From contig JBGAKI010000002.1 in the NCBI GenBank assembly GCA_044224525.1, forward strand, positions 20,846-84,845: a DNA stretch of 64,000 nucleotides. Reading direction: 5' to 3'. The position numbers were made by a program, and so were the translations under genes. Positions 57,998 through 64,000 of the stretch are shown in pieces; within the stretch, counting starts at the first letter, position 1, and every line of letters begins with the position of its first letter. Under the pieces are notes generated by a model. That model did no database searches, was not told where the DNA came from, and was given only the letters and a program-made list of their open reading frames with translations. This DNA comes from Polyangiales bacterium. Its GTDB lineage: Bacteria > Myxococcota_A > Polyangia > Polyangiales > CBDCBC01.

Positions 57998-60039
57998 ACC
58001 CGTTTAAAATAGCAAGCGACTATCAGCCCAAGGGCGATCAACCCAAAGCGATTGAATCGCTGGTCACGGGACTGCGCGAAGATCGACCATCGCAGGTGCT
58101 CTTGGGCATTACGGGCAGCGGCAAGACATTTACTGTCGCGAACGTTATTCAAGAAGTTCAACGGCCCACGCTGATTATCGCGCCCAACAAGACGTTGGCA
58201 GCGCAGCTTTATGGCGAATTTAAGCAGTTTTTCCCAAACAACGCTGTTGAGTATTTTGTTAGTTACTACGACTACTATCAGCCCGAAGCGTACGTGGCGT
58301 CGACCGATACGTTTATTGAGAAAGATGCTCAGATAAACGACGACATCGATCGCATGCGCCATTCGGCGACCCGTTCGCTTTTGTCGCGCCGCGACACGAT
58401 CATCGTGGCCAGCGTGTCGTGCATCTATGGTATCGGTTCGCGCGAATGGTATGAGGGCATGCTTATTCAGCTCAAAAAGGGCGACCATTTTCGCCGCGAC
58501 GAGCTTTTGCATGCACTGGTCGACTTGCACTATGAGCGCAAAGACAACGACTTTCATCGCGGCACGTTTCGGGTGCGTGGCGATGTCATCGACGTTTTTC
58601 CCGTGTATGAAGAAAGTGTAGCGCTGAGGGTTGAGTATTGGGGCGATGATATCGAGCGCTTGGTGGAGATCGATCCGATGCGCGGCACGGTGATTCGTGA
58701 AGTGGAAAGTTATGCCATTCACCCTGGGTCGCACTATGTGACACCCGATGAAGTGAAGCACAAAGCGATCAAATCGATTCGCGAAGAACTGCAGGTGCGA
58801 CTGAAGCAACTTGAAAGTTTGGGCAAAGTGATCGAGCGGCATCGCCTTGAGCAACGCACGATGTTTGATCTTGAAATGCTCGAACAAGCGGGGTTTTGTC
58901 ATGGCATCGAGAACTACTCGAGGCATTTTTCAGGGCGCAAGCCAGGTGAGCCGCCACCGACACTGCTCGATTATTTTGCAAACGATTATTTGTTGATCAT
59001 CGATGAGTCGCACCAAACCGTGTCACAGATTGGCGCGATGTATCGGGGAGATCGGGCGCGTAAAGAAGTGCTCGTTGAACACGGTTTTCGTTTGCCGAGC
59101 GCGCTCGACAACCGCCCGCTTAAGTTTGAGGAGTTTGAAGAGCGCGCTAAACAAACGATTTATGTGAGCGCTACGCCTGGCGATTATGAGCTGAAAAAGA
59201 GCGAAGGTGAGGTCATCGAACAAATCGTCAGACCGACCGGGCTTTTAGATCCCTTGATTCACATTCGCCCTGTCGGCAAACAAGTGGATGATTTGCTTGG
59301 CGAGATTCGCATTCGGGCTGAGCGCAACGAACGCGTGCTGGTGACTACGCTTACTAAACGCATGAGCGAAGATTTGGCAGAGTATTATCGCGAGCAGGGC
59401 ATCAAAGTAAAATACCTGCATAGCGACATCGAAACGCTCGAGCGTGTTGAGATTCTATCTGACCTGCGCAAGGGCACCTTTGATGTGTTGATTGGCATTA
59501 ACCTTTTGCGCGAAGGGTTGGATTTGCCGGAGGTGTCGCTGGTGGCGATTCTTGATGCCGATAAAGAAGGTTTTTTGCGCTCGGCGCGCTCGCTAATTCA
59601 AACCATCGGTCGTGCAGCGCGCAATAGTCACGGTGAAGTGATCATGTATGCCGACACGATCACAAAATCGATGGACGCTGCGATCGGCGAGACTCGACGC
59701 AGGCGCGCGGTGCAAGAAGCTTACAACACAACCCACGGCATCGTGCCTAAAACGATTGAAAAGCTGATTTTGGACATGCGCCCAGAGGAGCTGCAGGCAC
59801 TTGAGCGCGAAGCCAGCAAGACCATCGGAGCGGATATCGAGGCCATGAACAACGACGAGCTGCATCAGGCGATGGTCGAGGCCGCGGAGGCCCTCGATTT
59901 TGAGCGAGCGACCGTTCTACGTAACGCGCTCAAACAACGCGAAGGGTCGGCCTTGAAGATTTCGAGCAAAAAGAAGCCAAAAATGCTAAAATCAGGCTCA
60001 CACAACGCTCGTGGTCGAGCGGCAAAATCACGACGATGA
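57994..60039 (+). CDS. uvrB: Excinuclease ABC subunit B
   Basis: [27 protein letters not shown] Walker A, DESH box, helicase motifs, and the C-terminal UVR domain ([13 protein letters not shown]). Confidence 0.98.
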   Translation: MNPFKIASDYQPKGDQPKAIESLVTGLREDRPSQVLLGITGSGKTFTVANVIQEVQRPTLIIAPNKTLAAQLYGEFKQFFPNNAVEYFVSYYDYYQPEAYVASTDTFIEKDAQINDDIDRMRHSATRSLLSRRDTIIVASVSCIYGIGSREWYEGMLIQLKKGDHFRRDELLHALVDLHYERKDNDFHRGTFRVRGDVIDVFPVYEESVALRVEYWGDDIERLVEIDPMRGTVIREVESYAIHPGSHYVTPDEVKHKAIKSIREELQVRLKQLESLGKVIERHRLEQRTMFDLEMLEQAGFCHGIENYSRHFSGRKPGEPPPTLLDYFANDYLLIIDESHQTVSQIGAMYRGDRARKEVLVEHGFRLPSALDNRPLKFEEFEERAKQTIYVSATPGDYELKKSEGEVIEQIVRPTGLLDPLIHIRPVGKQVDDLLGEIRIRAERNERVLVTTLTKRMSEDLAEYYREQGIKVKYLHSDIETLERVEILSDLRKGTFDVLIGINLLREGLDLPEVSLVAILDADKEGFLRSARSLIQTIGRAARNSHGEVIMYADTITKSMDAAIGETRRRRAVQEAYNTTHGIVPKTIEKLILDMRPEELQALEREASKTIGADIEAMNNDELHQAMVEAAEALDFERATVLRNALKQREGSALKISSKKKPKMLKSGSHNARGRAAKSRR

Positions 60040-61826
60040 AGTCTTTGATCAAACCCCTTTTTGGGCTTGTTTTTAGCGTGATCTGCGCCCGTGGCGTTCA
60101 CGGTCCACATCGTGCGTGCGCGCAAGAGCAGCGCATTCTAGATGTGCATGTGGTGCCCACTAAACGCCTACAGTTGGCGGTTTGGATTGAAAAAGACGAC
60201 GGCACATATTTGCGCACGATCGCGCTCACCGAAAGTGTGGGACGTTATGGCTTGGGCAACAGACCGGGCGCGTCGCAAATGAACAGCGGCTTTCATTGGC
60301 CTTATGGGCGCCGCGAACAAGTGCTGCCGATTTGGGCCTATGCCCGCGCGCATGCGCCGGGTGCGCAGCTTTTCAAACGGGTGATTTTTCAGAATCGATC
60401 GTCCGAAGGGTATGCGTCGCGCACGTCGAACGACTTCTCGCCCGACAATCACTATTGCGTCTCGTTCACGCAATCAAACAACAGCATCGATGTGATGAGC
60501 TGTGCAAGCATGAGCAAAACCGACAAAGGCCGCTACATCACAAGCCAAGATGTTGCCAACGGCTACGCTGAGCCGGCTCAAAACGGTGCAAGTGCGAGCG
60601 GTTATGAGCGCAAGCTTGATGTGTATTCGCTTTACCCGCCACGTCGCGACATCGATCAGGTGTTTCAATCCAATGGATTTTACGACACGAGCGACGTGGC
60701 TGATTACAGAGGCCACGCCAAAGCGGTGATGCCAGAAATTGATTTCGTGTCGACCGCTACGCCGCCGGCGCAAACCGAACAAGTCTTTAGTTTTACGGTG
60801 CCTGCCGATTGGGAAGACGGAAAGTATAAAGTGTGGGTGGAAGCGCACCAAGAGGCCGATTTTAATGGATGTTTTACAACGCAAGCCAATCCCACGCCGA
60901 CGCAGCCCCAAGCACAATGGGATTCGTGGGCAATGCAACTTGGTTTTCCTTTCAGAGGCCAGCCCTCGGTGGCTTATCAGGCAACGGTGAATGTTGGCAC
61001 CATTGAAGAGGTGAAAGTTAAAAACCCAGCGGGCATGAGCTCGTGGGACATGCTTACGATGAATGCAGCGCCGATGCAGGCGATGAGCAACTGCATGAGC
61101 AATGACGCGGGTGGTGCACCCGGTAGCGGCGCTGACCGCTTGTTATTGACGGACAATTCGTGGCGCGTCAAAGTTCAGTCGCGGGTGGTCGATTGCTCGA
61201 AGATGCCCGATCCTGAGCCCGTCGAGAATATTAAGGTTGAACCCTACCCTGATCGTAAACAAGCGCATCAATGGGTGCGGCTGTCGTTCACTGCGCCTAA
61301 TACACAAGATGAAGCGAGCTACGCTTATGTTATTAAGGTGAGTCGCTCGCCGATCACCGATGATGAAACGTTCACCAATGCCCAACCGGCCTATGCGGCA
61401 AGCTCAGAGAACGAAGCGGCAAAGGTGCCCACAACCTCGCCTGGCAGCGAAGCGGTCGTTGATCTCGGCGGGTTGGTCGCACAGACGCGTTATTATATTG
61501 CTGTGCGCGCACGCAACGCGTGCAACAAACCTGGGCCCATTAGCAGCGGTGATATTCAGACGATGGGTGTTCAATACACCACGGTGTCGCCGTGTTTTGT
61601 CGCAACTGCTGCCTATGGCTCAAAGGACCATCCCGATGTGCGCTGGCTACGTTATGTGCGCGATCATCACATGCGTTTTAATTGGGCTGGGCGGGCGTTT
61701 ATCGACTGGTACACTCAGAACGGGCCGGCGGCCGCGCAGTTCGTGCTGGATCATCCGTGGCTACAACCCGCAGCACGCGCCATGCTTAAACCTTTCATTT
61801 TGCTGACGCATTGGCTATTAGATTAG
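60036..61826 (+). CDS. Large secreted hypothetical protein with a C-terminal CFxxTAAYGS...LRxxRD domain
   Basis: Signal peptide. N-part [20 protein letters not shown] (DUF2271-like flavour; weak). C-terminus [27 protein letters not shown]...[10 protein letters not shown]. Overlaps the uvrB stop by 4 nt. Confidence 0.6.
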   Translation: MKSLIKPLFGLVFSVICARGVHGPHRACAQEQRILDVHVVPTKRLQLAVWIEKDDGTYLRTIALTESVGRYGLGNRPGASQMNSGFHWPYGRREQVLPIWAYARAHAPGAQLFKRVIFQNRSSEGYASRTSNDFSPDNHYCVSFTQSNNSIDVMSCASMSKTDKGRYITSQDVANGYAEPAQNGASASGYERKLDVYSLYPPRRDIDQVFQSNGFYDTSDVADYRGHAKAVMPEIDFVSTATPPAQTEQVFSFTVPADWEDGKYKVWVEAHQEADFNGCFTTQANPTPTQPQAQWDSWAMQLGFPFRGQPSVAYQATVNVGTIEEVKVKNPAGMSSWDMLTMNAAPMQAMSNCMSNDAGGAPGSGADRLLLTDNSWRVKVQSRVVDCSKMPDPEPVENIKVEPYPDRKQAHQWVRLSFTAPNTQDEASYAYVIKVSRSPITDDETFTNAQPAYAASSENEAAKVPTTSPGSEAVVDLGGLVAQTRYYIAVRARNACNKPGPISSGDIQTMGVQYTTVSPCFVATAAYGSKDHPDVRWLRYVRDHHMRFNWAGRAFIDWYTQNGPAAAQFVLDHPWLQPAARAMLKPFILLTHWLLD

Positions 61827-61828
61827 CG

Positions 61829-62032
61829 ATGATCGCAGTCATAACGCTTGCTTTAGTTTGTTTGGTGTCGTGCGCCAGCGCCAAACCCTATGAGCGTGAA
61901 AACTTGAGCAAACCTGCGATGGACACAAGCGGCGAAGAGCAGCGCACTGCTTTTTGCCAACACGTCTTTGAGTCGCGCGAAGGCGGTAAAACATTTAGCG
62001 GCAGACCAGGGGCCGGATGCGGCTGCAATTAG
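61829..62032 (+). CDS. DUF4266 lipoprotein
   Basis: MIAVITLALVCLVSC lipobox, KPYERENLSKPAM, and the C-terminal GAGCGCN signature. Confidence 0.7.
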   Translation: MIAVITLALVCLVSCASAKPYERENLSKPAMDTSGEEQRTAFCQHVFESREGGKTFSGRPGAGCGCN

Positions 62033-63168
62033 TCGGATCCTTGTTGCTGGGCTTGCTTGTTTTTTTGGGCAGGCTTGATGCGGCACACGCCGATGAAACT
62101 GACGGCACGTGGTCGGGCAATGTTGAGCTCACGGGTAACTATTATTACGAGCGTTCAACACGCGTGATGGCGCCAGCCATGAATGCGCGCGTGGTCACGC
62201 CTGACGGTTTACAAGTTAACGCGCGCTATTTGGTGGACGCGATCACCAGCGCAAGTTTAGCCACCGGCGTAGTGCGCGACACAACCTTCACCGAAATCAG
62301 GCACGATGTGACCGTGGGCGTGTCGGGCGAAGTGCCCATCGAGAATGTACCGGTGCGCTTTCGCGCCCAAACGCGTGTGAGTTATGAGCCTGACTACCTT
62401 GCGCGGGGTTTGTCATTGGGTGCAACCGTTGCCCTCAATAAACGCGCTACGCTGCTCAACATCGACCTTGGCGTGATCAACGATGACGTGGGCCGCATCT
62501 TGCGCGGTGTGCCGGTGCCAGGAACGTTTACCTTTCGCAACACGCAGCGCGAGGATGTGGGTTCGATTTTTGGTATCAGCACAGGTTTGAGCGTTTCGCA
62601 CGCGTTGACAAGCGAGCTTATGCTGAGCGCGGGTTATGAATTAAGCCAGCTTCATGGGTATTTGGCCAACGTTTATCGCACTGTGCCGATCGAAGGTACA
62701 CCCAAAAATGAAACCCATCCTGACAACCGAACGAGGCATGCGTTTTCGGCATCTGCGGCTTATTATATAACGCCACTGCGTGGTGCGTTGCATCTGACGC
62801 CCAACTTTTATACCGATAGTTACGGCATCGTGGGCGGCGGACCCGAGGCGCTTTATTATCAAGAAGTTGGTGAGTACGTATTGCTACGCGCGCGTGGTCG
62901 CATTTATTGGCAAAGCGCCGCGTCGTTTTACAAGCCACCTGCGGAATATACCGCGAGTGAGCGCTACTTCACCGCGGACCCAAAGATGACAGAATTTCAT
63001 ACGGTGCTCGCAGGTCTGCAGGCGTCGATCAAACTCGACTTTTTGGAAAAAAGTCCGCTGCATATTTTTCATGAAGGTCTGCTTACGCTGAGCTTTGAAC
63101 GCTATTGGAACACCAATCGCTTTGGGCCAGGTGTCATCGCTCAAAGCGGTATCTTGATGCCCTTTTGA
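62017..63168 (+). CDS. DUF3570-like outer-membrane beta-barrel protein
   Basis: Signal peptide, alternating beta-strand pattern, NYYYERSTRV and DAITSAS motifs, terminal Phe. Overlaps the DUF4266 gene. Confidence 0.55.
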   Translation: MRLQLVGSLLLGLLVFLGRLDAAHADETDGTWSGNVELTGNYYYERSTRVMAPAMNARVVTPDGLQVNARYLVDAITSASLATGVVRDTTFTEIRHDVTVGVSGEVPIENVPVRFRAQTRVSYEPDYLARGLSLGATVALNKRATLLNIDLGVINDDVGRILRGVPVPGTFTFRNTQREDVGSIFGISTGLSVSHALTSELMLSAGYELSQLHGYLANVYRTVPIEGTPKNETHPDNRTRHAFSASAAYYITPLRGALHLTPNFYTDSYGIVGGGPEALYYQEVGEYVLLRARGRIYWQSAASFYKPPAEYTASERYFTADPKMTEFHTVLAGLQASIKLDFLEKSPLHIFHEGLLTLSFERYWNTNRFGPGVIAQSGILMPF

Positions 63169-63902
63169 AATCCGAGATCGCCCAACACGTTCTCAAGATC
63201 GGCGCCGAGCGCGCAGGTGAAACGCATCGGGCTGTTTGTGCGCGGATGGTTAAAACCAAGCGCGCTTGCGTGCAAGAAGTGACGAGAGAGTCCTTCGATG
63301 ACCTCGCCTCCATAAAGCACATCGCCCACCAGCGGACAACCGATGGCCGACAAATGAACGCGTATTTGATGACGATGCGCACTGGGCGCACTGGCCACAA
63401 GCAAGGTATGTTCTTGGTGTGACGCGCACCACTCGATTCTGGTGAGGGCTGGCTTGGCTTTTAAGCGTTTTGCTTCGCGCGCTACAATACACGCTTTGCT
63501 TTTGCGTTTGTTGCGTGGATGGTTGGCAATGGGAAATACGATCTGCTGGCACTCAACCTGCGCCGAGCATAGCGCTATGTACTTTTTGCTAAAGGTGTGC
63601 GCACCGAGCTGCGTGCGTAGATTTTCAAAATCCACGCGCGAACGCGCTGCCACAAGTAACCCCGAAGTTGCCACATCGAGTCGATGCACAAGACCCGCTT
63701 GCAGCGGTTCGTAGCCAATTGCGCTCATTTCTGGATAATGCGCGAGCAACCAATCGGCGAGTGTGGGTTCTTGATTTTTCACGATCGCGTGCGAATGCAA
63801 CCCTGCGGGCTTGTTGACCACGACGATGCTTGCATCCTCAAAGATAAGCTCGGGCGTGAGACTCGTCTTGGTATTGATTGAAGATTGTGATATGGGGTTC
63901 AT
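63141..63902 (-). CDS. RluA-family pseudouridine synthase
   Basis: Catalytic motif HRLDVATSGLLVAA and C-terminal HQIRVHL. Confidence 0.88.
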   Translation of the reverse strand: MNPISQSSINTKTSLTPELIFEDASIVVVNKPAGLHSHAIVKNQEPTLADWLLAHYPEMSAIGYEPLQAGLVHRLDVATSGLLVAARSRVDFENLRTQLGAHTFSKKYIALCSAQVECQQIVFPIANHPRNKRKSKACIVAREAKRLKAKPALTRIEWCASHQEHTLLVASAPSAHRHQIRVHLSAIGCPLVGDVLYGGEVIEGLSRHFLHASALGFNHPRTNSPMRFTCALGADLENVLGDLGFQKGIKIPL

Positions 63903-63907
63903 CAGCT

Positions 63908-64000
63908 ATGCGCTTTGAGGGTAACTATTATAAGCTGCTTGAGCTTGATGCAAGTGCCAGTGCTGCTGACATCAAGCGTGCTTACCAGGCCCTTGCGTTA
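63908..64000 (+). CDS. J-domain protein, 3' truncated by the window edge
   Basis: ATG at 63908. MRFEGNYYKLLELDASASAADIKRAYQALAL looks like the start of a J domain. Only 31 codons are visible. Confidence 0.5.
   Translation, partial: MRFEGNYYKLLELDASASAADIKRAYQALAL

Noticed and set aside
57949-58926. 325-aa ORF on the minus strand
   Set aside because: It lies entirely antisense to uvrB, whose Walker A, DESH and UVR motifs are unmistakable. The antisense product is low-complexity and Arg/His/Phe-rich with no motif. Open antisense frames like this are typical in GC-rich coding DNA.

Overview
This window looks like an ordinary chromosomal segment from a moderately GC-rich Gram-negative bacterium. 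A sigma-54 enhancer-binding protein, many lipobox lipoproteins, a CNNRDDDCDGQVDEDF cysteine-rich motif, and FG-GAP and Fam20-like proteins suggest a Myxococcota/Bradymonadia-like lineage, but that is inference only.

**Coding content.** There are about 60 protein genes, tightly packed with many 4-nt start/stop overlaps.
- Housekeeping: slt (5' partial), dnaJ, hemW-ccmA-ccmB, tlpA-like, HIT, mpl, gyrB, rlmI-like, rimO, gshB, ggt, aguA-aguB, gdhA, cdsA, uppS, cbpA-like, bioF (disrupted)-bioD, serC, uvrB, an rluA-family gene, and one tRNA-Ala(CGC).
- Accessory or poorly characterised: a sigma-54 activator divergent from a cysteine-dioxygenase-like cupin + FAD oxidoreductase pair; an FG-GAP lipoprotein; a PP2C phosphatase; an orphan beta-class DNA methyltransferase; a secreted Fam20-like kinase homolog divergent from a NAGPA-like phosphodiester glycosidase; an Omp85-like / DUF4390-like / NtrY-like kinase / degenerate-Fic / DUF2079 gene string; two paralogous S1 protease lipoproteins; and a uvrB-coupled envelope cluster (CFxxTAAYGS-domain protein, DUF4266, DUF3570).

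**What I did not find.** There is no transposase, integrase, phage gene, CRISPR array, or recognisable defence or toxin-antitoxin module.

**Least explained signal.** Most of it is non-coding:
- a dispersed ~145-bp long-hairpin repeat family (3 copies) whose arms covary;
- a 28-bp palindromic element (3 copies), with a local 17-bp tandem amplification;
- three 24-nt hairpins after tRNA-Ala;
- two short tandem arrays that fill intergenic spacers;
- a terminator-bounded plus-strand orphan transcript candidate between two minus-strand genes;
- one textbook and one weaker sigma-54 promoter.

Three conserved genes (DUF2079, bioF, DUF4397) are broken by small indels. These are either sequencing/assembly errors or real decay.

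**Caveat.** Family names are assigned from motifs I recognise by eye. No database search was run.
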